Origin: Hemiscyllium ocellatum
Lineage: Eukaryota
Direction of reading: 5' to 3'
Assembly (NCBI RefSeq): GCF_020745735.1
Contig: NC_083411.1
Location: forward strand, 89,390,328-89,454,327
DNA: 64,000 nucleotides
The position numbers were made by a program, and so were the translations under genes. The notes under the pieces were generated by a model that saw nothing but the letters and a program-made list of their open reading frames with translations, had not been told where the DNA came from and ran no database searches. Below are positions 38,422 to 50,407 of the stretch, piece by piece; position 1 is the stretch's first letter; each line of letters starts with the position of its first letter.

Positions 38422-38806
38422 GGGGTGACCTTACAGATAGATACATAAAATCACGAGGGGCATGAATCAAGTGAATAGCCAAGGTCTTTTTCACAGGACT
38501 GGGGAGTCCAAAACGAAAGGGCATAGGTTTAAGGTGAGAGGGGAAAGATTTAATAGGAACCGGAGGGACCAACTTTTTCTACACAGAGGGTGATGTGTGT
38601 ATGGAATGAGCTGCCAGAGGAAGTTGTAGAGTTGGGTATAATTACAGCTTTTAAAAGGCATCTGAGTGGGTACATGAATAGGAAGGGTTCAAGAGCAAAA
38701 TCGGCCAAATGCTGACAAATGGGACTACGTCAGCTTAGAATATCTAATCAACATGGACGAGTTGGACGAAAGGGTCTATTTTCGTGCTATATAACTCTAT
38801 GACTCT
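38422..38806 (+). mobile_element. CR1 3' fragment abutting an NSDHL splice donor
   Basis: GGGGTGACCTTA...TGGAATGAGCTGCCAGAGG...CTCTATGACTCT. Confidence 0.85.
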
Positions 38807-38811
38807 CTTAC

Positions 38812-38914
38812 CTTTCCACAGATATGGGACTTTGGGTGAAGACTTTCTGCTGCTAGGATCAACCCATGCACAACATTATCAACATACGTAAAGTCCACCA
38901 GGTTCTTGCCATTT
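38812..38914 (-). CDS. NSDHL: NSDHL coding exon 6
   Basis: ccacag|A..AAG|gtaaga, 103 nt; (G)[34 protein letters not shown]. Confidence 0.97.
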
Positions 38915-39455
38915 CTGTGGAAACATGGTTAATATCATTGCCTGATAAAACAAACAATTGAAACTGCAGCCACAAATTTCAAGGAATCAAGAAATGGTGA
39001 ATAACTGTTCAGTTGTAGCACTTTAAAACTACAGTATATGCAGAATTTGTTAATTAAAAACCATAGTGTATTCTCCCATCCCTTAATATCAGAGATATGA
39101 CACATCTATCTACTCACACTCATGAAAATATGCAACTTCCCATTTTTACAACTGATGGTGTGCCAACCTCCTTTAGGGTCTGATGATTCCATGCAATGAG
39201 AATGGTTTTGAATACTATTTATCAGTAACAAAAGCACAGATACAGGAGAATTGGAAAGAATCATATTGTAAAGAGGATTGTATTTTCATATAGCTTCTCA
39301 CTCAAATAATCTCTCACCAATAAAGGGACAAGTCACATAGCACATAGCAGCTTTGTCATTGACAATCAGCTTCTAACTGTTTGTTGTTGCTTCCCACAAA
39401 GTTCAGATTTAGTAGAAATACTCAAAATGCATGGATATATCTAAACAGTACGAAC

Positions 39456-39598
39456 CCAATTACAAACTTCATCTTGCCACACTTGGCAGCCTGTACAAGG
39501 ACAGGTACTAAATGTGGGTCTTGAGGTCCAAAAATGCCATGAGGGCGAATTGCAATTGTCATGAAGTTCTGTTCTGGATTATTAGCACCAAGAACTTC
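39456..39598 (-). CDS. NSDHL: NSDHL coding exon 5
   Basis: tgacag|GAA..GG|gttcgt, 143 nt; [48 protein letters not shown]. Confidence 0.97.
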
Positions 39599-40368
39599 CT
39601 GTCATGTTAAAGAAAAAGAAGTTAGTTGCGAACAAGTAGGGAAGCAGCTACAGGATTCATTTTGATTAATGCAATGTGCAATTCTCTCATATTTCGTAAA
39701 CACCAATGCAATTCCTGAATCTTAATACTTAGAACTAAATTTTACAATAATTAGACAGTCATATCATAGATGAGTCAAGAGTGCTTGAAAGAACAAACAC
39801 ACATGTAAGAGAGAGAGAGAGAGCATATGCACAGAAGAGGGGTGCATGTACTCTCTCAAAAAATAATTATACGTCTACATGAATAGGTTAGGAGAGTGGC
39901 AACAGAAAATTACTTTCACAAGTTCACTTTTAAATTGTATCTATTGAAGAACTGGATTGCACACTGAATGGATGTACTGATCAGTGAGTCTCTCTTGTTG
40001 TAGTTTTGACATTTAACATTTAGTGGGCTTTGATCTAGCATTAGACTACATAAAAAGCAGCACAAATTGGTAATGTCCGAAATCATAATCATGCCTGGTG
40101 TGGTGAACATAAACACAATGTACATCTCCCACATTGGGCTGTATGCATCTTGGTGTAGCAGAGGAACTGAATAGAGTCATCGTATATAAGAGATTTTTTT
40201 TAAGCAGCAAGGTGATTGTTTAAAAACAGTCATGTTACTAGAAAGTATTGCAAAGCAAAACCTTCAGCTTAAATATTCCGTAACATTTATAATCACAAAC
40301 TAAGACTATCATAAATATAGAACTACAATTTGATCTTTTAGTTTAAAATGTCAGACTTTTAAACTTAC

Positions 40369-40497
40369 CATTTCCTGCAAGATCTTAGTTTGTGAATAGT
40401 AGTCAATGGGCTTCTTAGCATATGGCAGGTCTTCTGAACCATTTTTTAGGTCTGATCCTTCAAATACGACACTAGCACTACTAGTCAGCACCAGTTT
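40369..40497 (-). CDS. NSDHL: NSDHL coding exon 4 (catalytic YxxxK)
   Basis: acacag|AAA..ATG|gtaagt, 129 nt; [43 protein letters not shown]. Confidence 0.97.
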
Positions 40498-40589
40498 CTG
40501 TGTACAAGAAAAGAAAACGCTGAACTTGAAAGATTGATAGACTGGCAGGAAGACAAATGGCTATCAAGCTGCAATGTATAATTTCTGAC

Positions 40590-40736
40590 CTGAACACCTG
40601 CTTCTTTACATGCTTCAATGATTGTTTTAGTCCCCATGTAATTAACTTTATAGAAGAGTTCTCTGTTGTCACTAGAAGGTGCTGGAGAAGCACAGTGAAA
40701 CACGATGCTCACACCCTCAACTGCTGGTAGTATATC
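40590..40736 (-). CDS. NSDHL: NSDHL coding exon 3
   Basis: gtttag|GAT..CAG|gtcaga, 147 nt; [49 protein letters not shown]. Confidence 0.97.
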
Positions 40737-41872
40737 CTAAACAAACAATCAAATTATTAATTCACAACTTCATAGTTTGCAATTTTACTTTCAATGCACA
40801 AAGACACTAAAAACCAAAAGATTTGCAGGTTAACAATCACTTCTACGTTGCAAATAAATTGAATGTTTGAGATTTTGGGCAAGGAGTTGGGCTATATTAA
40901 AACTAAATTAATTTGTGCATAATTTTCTCCAAGCTGCCTTTAAGAAAATATATATGTCAGATCCATCATGATGGCTACAAAAGTACTTATAAAAATAGCA
41001 GACAGCAAATAATATCACTATCAAATTACATTAACATTTTGATACAAATATTTGGTTCTGGTAGGTGGCTCCAACTGGAATATATTCCATCGGCATACAG
41101 CTGAGAAAGCAAAGATGATCCATCATCATACATATACGCCTCCTGTGTTGTGGCACATTTGGGATAGAGTATTGATACAACAATGAGAACACTCTGAAAA
41201 ACAGGTCTGCTAAAACTTCACTGATCAACATCTCAAAAGGGCAGCCTGGGAAAGAACAAGCAGTTAGGTTTGTTGAATACCATTCCTACCACATACTTCG
41301 TGCAATCAAAAAATATAATCACACTAAAAGATGTACGGGTTTATAATTACATTTCCCCTCAAACTGAGCATAATTTCAGGACATCAGATATGCATAGATC
41401 AGCATAGAAATCCTTAAGTTACAGGCTGTCACACAGGGTTACAACTTAGGAACTCACTTCTCAATAAATCACTTGTGACTCAACTTTTGTGTAATTCGTG
41501 ACCCTTTATCAAACCTTACGTTGATTGGAGAAACTTTATGCTCACTCAATCCTGGATGTCAGATAACATGTCAGTCAGTATGATAACAGTGAATTTGAGG
41601 GAGATGATGGGGAGGTACAGCTGTGTGTCATCAGTTTATCATGAAAAAGGAACAAAGTCAAAGTGTTGTCAGCCCTAGATAGTTTTTTTAAAAATGGATG
41701 GCTAGTGTTAATTTCAATTAATTAAATTATATTCAAACAAAAAATAGAATGTGACATCACTTGCAATTCAAATATTACAAAGCCGAGCTGTTTCTCTTTT
41801 TGCATGCAGGTGGCATCAAATCGTGAAAAATTGAATTCAATATTATACTGTTAAAATGTAACTTATACCAAC

Positions 41873-42034
41873 CTCTTTGCAGCACAGATCTGCACTGAAG
41901 AACTGAATTCCTTCATTCTCAAAAGGTTTTCGAACATCCAATATATTAACTATGTAGCCTTTTTCCAGAAGCTTCTTCACCAAATGTTGACCCAAAAACC
42001 CTGAGCCCCCGATAACTGTACATTTCTTATTGTG
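41873..42034 (-). CDS. NSDHL: NSDHL coding exon 2 (Rossmann GxxGxxG)
   Basis: ttatag|CAC..GAG|gttggt, 162 nt; [54 protein letters not shown]. Confidence 0.95.
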
Positions 42035-42644
42035 CTATAAAATGAAATAAAAAGTCAGGTAAAAGTAAAGCAATTCACATCTTTGGCATCCACATGCTCA
42101 GCAGGCCTGCCAACATCTGCGAGAGCGAGAGAGAGAGAGAAGAGAGAGAGAGCATGAGAGTGCGAAAGAGAGAGAGTGTTAATGTTTCAAGTTAATAACC
42201 TTTCATCAAAACTTGGAAAAGTCAGAGATGTTATAGATTTTAAGCATGTAGAGGCAGAAAAAAAGCATCAGAGAAGATCTGTGACAGGATAAAGTGCAGG
42301 ATGGATTAAATATCAGAAGGATCCATGCTTCAAAACTACGGCAATCAATAATGGGGCAAATAAAAGGAAGAAAAGATGTGTCTAGGGACATGAGAAAACT
42401 GCTAACCGAAAGGAAAAAGGGGAAAAAAGGAAAGAAAAAAAAATCTTTTCCAACATCTTTGTTGAAATGCCAACAAAGAAATCAAGGGCAGAGGTTGCAA
42501 TCTAAAAGGGTTGATCTTAAATGTCATGAGATTCTGGTAACCAGAAACTGAATTGGCCTGCGATATATGAATACAGTGGCTATCAGAATAGGTCAGAGGC
42601 TGGCAAGTAAATCATCTTCTGCTTCCCCAGTCCCCATCCACCAA

Positions 42645-43863
42645 ACTAGCCATTTGGATATAGAACTGGCTCAAAGGTAAAAGACAGAGGGTGGTGGTGG
42701 AGGGTTGTTTTTCAGGCTGGAGGCCTGTGACCAGTGGAGTGCCACAAGGATCGGTACAGGGTCCACTACTTTTCAACAGTTATATAAATGATCTGGATGT
42801 GAACATAAGAGGTACAGTTAGTAAGTGTACAGATGATACCAAAATGGGAGGTGTAGTGGACAGAGAAGAGGATTACCTCAGATTACAACGGGATCTTGAT
42901 CAGATGGGCAAATGAATGAGAAGTGGCAGATGGAGTTTAATTTAGATAAATGTGAGGTGCTGCATTTTGGGAAAGTAAATCTTAGCAGAACTCATACACT
43001 TAATGGTAAGGTCCAAGGGAGTGTTGCTGAACAAAGAGACTTTGGAGTGCAGGTTCCTTGAAAGTAGAGTCACAGGTAGATAGGATAGAGAAGATGGCAT
43101 TTGATATGCTTTCCTTTATTGGTCAGAATACTGAATACAGGAGTTGGGAGGTTATGTTGTGGCTGTATAAAACATTATTCCAACAGTGGCCTAAATATTG
43201 TGTGCAATTCTGGTCTCCTTCCTATCAGAGGGATGTTATGAAACATGAAAAGGTTCAGAAAAGATTTACAAGGATGTTGTCAGGGTTGAAGGATTTGAGT
43301 TAAAGGGAGAGGTTGAATAGGCTAGGGCTGTTTTCTCTGGAACGTTGGAGGCTGAGGGGTGACATTATAGACGTTTATAAAATCATGCAGCATCTCAGGA
43401 ATAGGGAATTCGACGTTCCCTATTCCTGAGATGCTGCCTGGCCTGCTGTGCTTTGACCAGCAACACATTTTCAGCTGTGATCTCCAGCATCTGCAGACCT
43501 CATTTTTTACTCGTTTATAAAATCATGAAGGACATAGACAAGATAAATAGACAAAGTCTCTTCCCTGGGGTGGGGGAAGTCCAGAGCAAAAGGGCATAGG
43601 TTTAGGGGGAGAGGAGAAAGATGTAAAAGAGACCCAAGGGTCAACTTTTTCACGCAGACGGTGGCAAGTGTATGGAATGAGCTGCCAGACAAAGTGATGG
43701 ACGCTAGTATGATTGCAACATTTAAAAGGCATCTGGATGGGTATATGAACAGGAAAAGTTTGGTGGGATATCAGCTGGGTACTGGCAGGTTGGACTAGAT
43801 TGGGTTGGGATATCTGGTCAGCATGAACGAGTTGGACTGAAGGGTCTGTACATCTCTATGACT
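42645..43863 (+). mobile_element. CR1 LINE, degraded, with a nested PLE mini-insertion
   Basis: ORFs 42691..42915 (VTSGVPQGSV.GPLLF) and 43058..43303; CR1 tail; a second CR1 3' fragment follows at ~43885-44268. Confidence 0.85.
43388..43511 (+). mobile_element. PLE family B mini-insertion with a perfect 5' hairpin
   Basis: 21-bp perfect inverted repeat CAGCATCTCAGGAATAGGGAA-ttcgacg-TTCCCTATTCCTGAGATGCTG; 16-bp TSD CGTTTATAAAATCATG at 43372-43387 and 43512-43527. Confidence 0.85.
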
Positions 43864-44268
43864 TGGTCTACAAAGTATACGTTAGGAGCTGTTTTCCCTG
43901 GAGCATCAGAGACTGAGGGGTGACCTCCCAGTGGTTTATCAAATCATGAGAGGCATGGATTGGGTAAATACACAAGCTTTTTTTTTCCAGGGTGGGGGAA
44001 TCCAAAACTAGAGGGCATAGGTTTAAGGTGAGAGGGGAAAGATTTAAAAAGGAACCTGAGGGACAACTTTTTCATGCTGCGTGTATAGAATGAGCTGCCA
44101 AAGGAAGTGATGGAGGCTAGTACAATGATAACATTTAAAAGACATTTGAATTGATACATGACTAGGAAGGGCCAAATACTGGGACTAGATTAGTTTAGTC
44201 ATTTGGTCATATTTGGTCATTGGACAAGTTGGACCGGAGAGTCCATTTCCATGCTGTGTATCTGTATG

Positions 44269-45308
44269 AGTAAACAAACAGGAGACTGGAAGAACACAGC
44301 AAGCCAGGCAGCATGAGGAAGTGGAGAAGTAGATGTTTTGACTGTAACTCTCCCTTAGGAACAGGGGTGGGAGTATGAAGAGCTGCAGATGAAGGGGGAG
44401 TGGGTGGGGGGTGTGGAGAGGGGTTATGGATGGAAGAGTGGCGTAGTGGTGAAATACGACCTGGTTGGTCGACAGGAGGAGTAATCAGATTGGTAGCTAG
44501 AGGGGAGGGTCTGTTGGAGGCAGACCTGGAAAGCAAATTGGGAGATGGGTGAGAAGGGGATATGAAGTTGGGGAACTCAATGTTGAGTCCTCTGGGCTGG
44601 TTGAATGCCCAGACAGATGAGGTGTTGTTGCTCCAATTTGCGGTCTGATTCATTGGAGCAATGGAGGAGACAGAGGATGGACATGCGGAGGAAGCCCTAA
44701 AAAGAGTCCTTCAGGTGAGACAGAGGTTAACCTGCCTCTCCTCCAACCTAGTTTACTGTATCCCTTACTCCCAATGTGGTCTTCTCTACATCAGTGAGAC
44801 CAAATGTAAACTTAGGACTTGTTGCCCTGAGTGTCTCAGCAGTGCCCACAAGGGCCAGCCAGATCTCCCTGCCACCATCCATTTTAATACCCATTCTGAC
44901 ATGGAATCATCCATTGGCACAATGAATCAGATTGCACATTGGAGGAACACCACATCATCTACCAGGGCAGCCAAAATTGAGTTCTCCAATTTCAAATAAC
45001 CTTCCCAACCATTCCCTGACATGCTTTCAAGCCCCACCTCCTCCCCTCCAACCATTTCCTTCTGCTACCAACCCAATTCATCCCTCCTATCGACCCACCA
45101 GATCATACCAACCACCTGCATTCACCTATCACTACTTCACCGCTTCGCCCCCTCCCCACCCATAACCCTTCATGTCCCCTTTATCTGCAGGTCCACCTAT
45201 GCCCACCTCCATTCCTGAAGAACTGTTATATCTGAAAGTCAACTTCTTTACCTCCTGATGTTGCCTGGCTTGCTGTGTTCTTCCAGCCTTCTGCTGGTTT
45301 ACTTTGGG
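44269..45308. mobile_element. Older PLE family B-type element with two inverted arms
   Basis: + arm ORF 44661..44999 (LTCLSSNLVYCIPYSQCGLLYISETK); - arm 44269-~44690; degenerate CUGAAGA..GAAA near 45214. Confidence 0.7.
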
Positions 45309-45613
45309 CTTGTAGTTTTTTTTGGTCAGCATACCTGTAACTTTCTCCAAATCTGGTGGAAGCTCGTGGACCTGAAGGATTAAATGCTTCTCTCTCTCTC
45401 TCGCCACAGATGCGTCCTATCCTCCTGAACATTTCCAGCATTTTACGTTTTTTTTAAGTGAAGACACCTACCTGGTAGGTGATTACCATTACATTGCAAC
45501 GTAGTGTGCACAACTACATCGATACCTCCCCATTCTTTGCGTATCCAAATAAAACCTCCATCCCTCGCGATTTGACATTGCGTTATCTGAAACGCAGCCC
45601 GCTAAATGCTCAC

Positions 45614-45631
45614 CCTCAAACGAGTGGCCAT
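45614..45631 (-). CDS. NSDHL: NSDHL first coding exon (MATRLR)
   Basis: GAGATGG Kozak context; ATG GCC ACT CGT TTG AGG|gtgagc; phase 0 joins HNKKC; resembles fish NSDHL N-termini (MATR..); gives a 344-aa product. Confidence 0.8.
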
Positions 45632-45639
45632 CTCCCAGT

Positions 45640-45870
45640 AGCAGTGTCTCCTCGGAGATTCCACAGCGTAAAAGATACAGAGACACAACCAACGATCCCA
45701 AAGCTCCACCTCTCCAACATCATTGACAAAAGTAGTCCTGTCTCTAATTGGTCGACATACCACTATGTAGCATACCGTTACCGGGGTGACACATTCACCC
45801 TCCAATCAGATGATCGTATGACCATGGGCCGGTGATGGCACGTGAAGCAGTGGCCAATCAGAACGGGATT
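45640..45870 (-). promoter_or_regulatory. Putative NSDHL promoter (NF-Y plus SRE/E-box cluster)
   Basis: CCAAT boxes at 45747, 45802 and 45854; SRE-like GTCACCCCGG (45781-45790, - strand); E-box CACGTG at 45839-45844; local CpG enrichment. Confidence 0.6.
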
Positions 45871-46471
45871 TCGTATCAAATGCGGGATACCCATTTTCCA
45901 GGTCAATCTGATGCGTGGGCAGGGAAAAAAAATAAACAAAGAAACTGTGGCTGCTAGAAATCAGCCACAAAAAGAGGAATTGCTGGGAAAGCTCAGCAGT
46001 CTGGCAGCATCTGTGCAGAGAAAGCAGCATTAACGTTTCGCTTCTGAGAAAGGGTCACTGGGACCCAAATCGTTAACTCTTTTCTTTCCACAGATGTTGC
46101 CAGGTCTGCTGAGTTTTACCATCATTTTCTGCTTTTGTTGTTGATGAATGGTCAGGTCCCGCATTGCTGCGAATAAAAGCAAGACATCACTAAAACCGAC
46201 GATATAAAATAAAAACAGAACCTTCTGGAGAAAGTGAACAGGTCAGACAGCATTCAGGAAATTGCATTCAAAACGTTAACTTTGTTTCTCTCCTCACATC
46301 TGAGTTTCTTCACATTTCTAGGCATCAAACCAGAAAAGTAAATTTGAGATAATACTGTTATTCAGATTTTGCACTATTTTGTATTGGCTATTGATGGTCT
46401 TATTAGAGATGAGCTGCAAATATGTGGGGCTTGAGCCGAACAAATCACAAAACAAATACAGCAGTACATTC

Positions 46472-46567
46472 AAAGTTAAAAATCACACAACACCAGGTCA
46501 TAGTTCAACAGGTTTAATTGGAAGCACACTAGCTTTCGAAGCGTCGCTCCTTCATCAGGTGGTTGTG
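46472..46567 (-). ncRNA. Short PLE-type element (family D) with a minimal hammerhead
   Basis: cac-CUGAUGA-A-GGAGC-gac-GCUUC-GAAA-GCUA-gug; palindrome AGCU in place of helix III; related degenerate copies at ~27155-27230 and ~10215-10300. Confidence 0.7.
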
Positions 46568-47160
46568 ATCAGGACGTTCTCCCTCGCCTTTTAATTAGCA
46601 AAAGAAAAGGAAGGGGGACAAAGGATAGGATGCACATTTTCATAGGTCAATTCCCATCACACTATTTTCTGCAACTACCCTTAAATTGTTCTATCAAGGA
46701 GTATCTCCAGACATGTGGGATTTGAATCCAGATCTTCTGAATTAGAGATAGGCATATAAGACGTTATACGTTACATTATATCGCGAAAAAAGCAAGCCAC
46801 TAATGATTTTAAACATCTATGCCTTTTGGTGGATCTTTTGGATATAATATTTGAACGTGTGTGTAAAATGAATTACCTCTGACCAACATCACTGTCAGAA
46901 TTGAAATGTTATCTGTGACTGACATATTTTGAATATGAACTGGGTGTATTCAATCTTTGGTGATTACACCAACTCGAACACTTTCAGCAGCAGGGTGTTT
47001 TATTTTGCAAAAAGCTAAAAGAACACTTAGTATATCACCATTTTAAAAAAAGCTCTCATCTCACTTGCTGAACCCATACATATTGTCAATCACACAGATA
47101 CAGATGAGGAAGCCTCTGCACACATGTACAAACAAAAACAAATTGGTGTTATGGGTGAAG

Positions 47161-47656
47161 AGCTGAAAATGTGTTGCTGGTTAAAGCACAGCAGGTTAGG
47201 CAGCATCCAAGGAACAGGAAATTCGACATTTCGGGCCAGAGCCCTTCATCAGGAATGAGGAGAGGGTGCCAGGCAGGCGCAGTTAAAAGGTAGGGAGGAG
47301 GGACTTGGGGGAGGGGCGATGGAGATGTGATAGGTGCAAAGAGGTCAAGGTGAGGGTGATAGGCCGGAGAGGTCAGGAAGAGGATTGCAGGTTAGGAGGG
47401 CGGTGCTCAGTCCAAGGGAATCGACTGAGACAAGGTGGGGGGAGGGGAAATGAGGACACTGGAGAAATCAGAGTTCATCCCTTGTGGCTGGAGGGTTCCC
47501 AGGCGGAAGATGAGGCGCTCTTCCTCCAACCGTAGTGTTGTTATGTTCTGGCGGGGGAGGAGTCCAAGGACCTGCATGTCTTCGGTGGAGTGGGAGGGAG
47601 AGTTAAAGTGTTGAGCCACGGGGTGGTTGGGTTGGTTGGTTCGGGCATCCCAGAGG
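47161..47656 (-). mobile_element. PLE family B 3' fragment (GIY-YIG C-terminus plus hammerhead), tail-less
   Basis: ORF 47407..47688 VAQHFNSPSHS..RLEEERLIFRLGTLQPQGMN; auuc-CUGAUGA-A-GGGC-ucug-GCCC-GAAA-UGUC-gaau; TSD TATGGGTGAAGAG at 47150-47162 and 47657-47669. Confidence 0.85.
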
Positions 47657-48282
47657 TATGGGTGAAGAGAAAAATACTGGGAAACCACAGTTCAATACCA
47701 CCAGTGGGTAGCCTTTGAAATAGTGCTCCTTTTGCCAAGATCTTCAGTTCTTTGATCCCCTTTTTCCACGTTATGTCACTTTGCAGGAGCCACAAAACAG
47801 TTGTTACACGAGTTACTGGTGAAAGGCAACAGATAAAGCAACTCGTAGGAGAGAATAACTGGTTTACTTCAGGTAGTTTAGTAACAGAGGAGAATACTGC
47901 TACAGAATCTGTGTCAGCAATCACGCGGCTTAACCCCCAATTGATAATGTTGACGTTTGGTTTAAGTTATTTCATAGACTGAAGCATATTCCTTACCAAG
48001 ATTATTGCAGAATAAGCAGCAGACGCTAATGGTTTCTCAGGGCCCCACAATTCGTGTACCTAATCCAGCGTTTTCCTTCTTCTCGTGGGATCATTTCATG
48101 CAGAGTTTGGACAGTAGGGAGGGAAACTCTTGCTAACACTGCCATGGATGGGGGAAGACTTTATGGGTCATTCCACGAGTTACTGATAAGGACTTAATCT
48201 GGGATGGACGGTAGCTGATATACTCAACAGGTCAGAATGGAATGATGAGGGAAAACTCGCACTAACCCTCTTCACCAACTTT

Positions 48283-48329
48283 CCCCATCCCCATCCCCAT
48301 CCCCATCCCTATCCCCATCCCTAACCCTA
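48283..48329. repeat. (CCCCAT)n / CCCTAW hexamer microsatellite
   Basis: ccccat x4, ccctat, ccccat, ccctaa, cccta. Confidence 0.9.
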
Positions 48330-48339
48330 CACCTCCTCC

Positions 48340-48667
48340 TCACTGTGACAAGTCGAAGCCGTCAACGGTAATGACACATTCCTCACTGACATGGCCAATC
48401 AGAACGAGGAGGCTGGAGACACTAGCGAATCGGCGTTGTCCAGGCGCGGGAACCGATGGTCTATTGGTGAACGTTCATGTAGGGCCCGCCCACCGGCCCT
48501 GGTGACTGACGGGTGGCCGCGGCCCCCGGGCAGGCCGCTTTTGGAGTGTGATTGGTCGACCGGTTGCTATGGTGATTGGTGAGGGTAGCCGGAGCGTCTG
48601 GAACTGCGGTAGAGGGGGAGGGGGAGTGCAAACCTGTTGTCAACGTATTGACCCAGAGTGAGTGGAA
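48340..48667 (+). promoter_or_regulatory. CpG-rich promoter of an unidentified divergent gene
   Basis: CCAAT boxes at 48395, 48463, 48551 and 48575; GC box CCCGCCC near 48485; RFX X-box-like GTTGCTATGGTGAT at 48563-48576. Confidence 0.7.
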
Positions 48668-48679
48668 ATGGCTGCCAAG
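48668..48679 (+). CDS. Putative first coding exon (MAAK) of an unidentified gene
   Basis: GAAATGG Kozak context followed by consensus donor AAG|GTGAGT, directly downstream of the promoter; no downstream exon recognised. Confidence 0.4.
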
Positions 48680-49147
48680 GTGAGTGGAAGATATTCTGAC
48701 CGGTACGTCAAAACATTCCCGGGAAAACCGCTTTCAAATGACAGGTGAATAGTGAGAGAATTATAGGAGGGGGGGAGGGGGGGGGCTGCGAATTTTGCCG
48801 GTGTGGGTGTGTATTTGGGGGTGACAGTTAGGAATCGGGTAAAATGGGAGGGAGTCGGATCGTAAAGACCTAATTTGGGGCTTGGGCGCCCGAAAGCAAA
48901 GGCAGAAGGTAGGGCGATAAATGAATGCACTGTCGACTGTATTTAACAGAGCACTTAAAGGGTGGGGTTCCTGTCGAGCAAGAACAGACAGGATTTTAAC
49001 CCTGAACCTCGTTGCTAACACATGGCAGATAATTCACTTTCTTTGGAATCATCTCAACGTAAACTAATAAAGGTTAAAACCACAGTTCTGCTGTTGGTTT
49101 CACTGTGTATAAGATCACAGGAACAGAAGTGAATGCTTAATTAGCTA

Positions 49148-49470
49148 ATTAGATTAGATTAGATTAGATTACTTACAGTGTGGAAACAGGCCCTTCAGCC
49201 CAACAAGTCCACACTGACCCGCCGAAGCGCAACCCACCCATACCCCTACATTTACCCCTTACCTAACACTACGGGCAATTTAGCATGGCCAATTCACCTG
49301 ACCCGCACATCTTTGGACTGTGGGAGGAAACCGGAGCACCCGGAGGAAACCCACACAGACACAGGGAGAACGTCCAAACTCCACACAGTCAGTCGCCTGA
49401 GTCGGGAATTGAACCCGGGTCTCAGGCGCTGTGAGGCAGCAGTGCTAACCACTGTGCCACCGTGCCGCCC
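49148..49470 (-). mobile_element. HE1 V-SINE, young and full length
   Basis: Antisense HE1 with (AGATT)n tail and an intact tRNA-like head. Confidence 0.92.
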
Positions 49471-50407
49471 ACCTGTGCCACCGTGCCGCCCACAAACTGA
49501 GAAGCATGATGACTTGGGTGCTGAATGCTCTAATAATTACGAGTTAATAGAAGTCAATCATCATGAACACATACACATTTGATGATAGAGCAAAACACTA
49601 AATGTTCACGATTTTGGACCAAGCAAATTGTTTAAACTGTAACCTGACACTACTGATCTTAGGTGATTTTAGTGTGCATAGATCTGCTAAGTTCTAGGCT
49701 GCTGGTGATGATTCTATCTCAATCTGCAATGGGTTGGTTAAATTTTGTCTGAAGATGTTGCTGTTATGTGGCCTAAAATATACGATGTTGCTCAGTCATT
49801 TAGATGCCATTTTTCACAATCATAAAGGAAATACCAATTTTGTTTTCATTGTAAAATCAACATAAGATTGTTGCAGACACAACCTGAGGAACTAATCTCT
49901 GATTAGGTGATCGAATTGGAAGAGTCCAGAGATTGTACTTGTTTTTGAGCTGACAAACCTAAGACTCTTATTTACTGTCTCAGTTTATCTAATTCTGCCA
50001 CATTCTGACAGGTTTCTAATGATAACTTGGTCTTTGTAAGACTTGAGGTAGTATTTACAATGAGGGTGCTAATTTTACGGTTGAATTACAGGTCCAGTAG
50101 CTCAAAATTGGATATCTCCAGACCAAGATCCTTCTAAATTTTGTCTTTGGGATGGCCCAGGCATGAAGAGTGTTGAGGGAATGTTTTCTGAAATTAAGAT
50201 TGCAAAGGGGCAATTATGAAAGAAATAGAGATAATGCTGCAGGATAAACTGGGAAATTCTTTGGAGTTACTACTGTTAATGGTGTTTTTGTGGAAGTGTG
50301 GCAGAAGTTCTGTTTATGCATGTGAACGGGGTACCTGTTGCAGTTCAATAAATTTTTGGCGATAGAGTGGGAGTAGCTGCAAGAAATTTCCCAGATATCC
50401 AGTTAAA

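Noticed and set aside
48283-48329. Interstitial telomeric repeat
   Set aside because: Only one true CCCTAA unit is present; the array is mainly CCCCAT.
49178-49582. 134-aa ORF and similar ORFs at 27213-27614, 51832-52139 and 53635-53880
   Set aside because: These are chance reading frames through HE1 SINE sequence.
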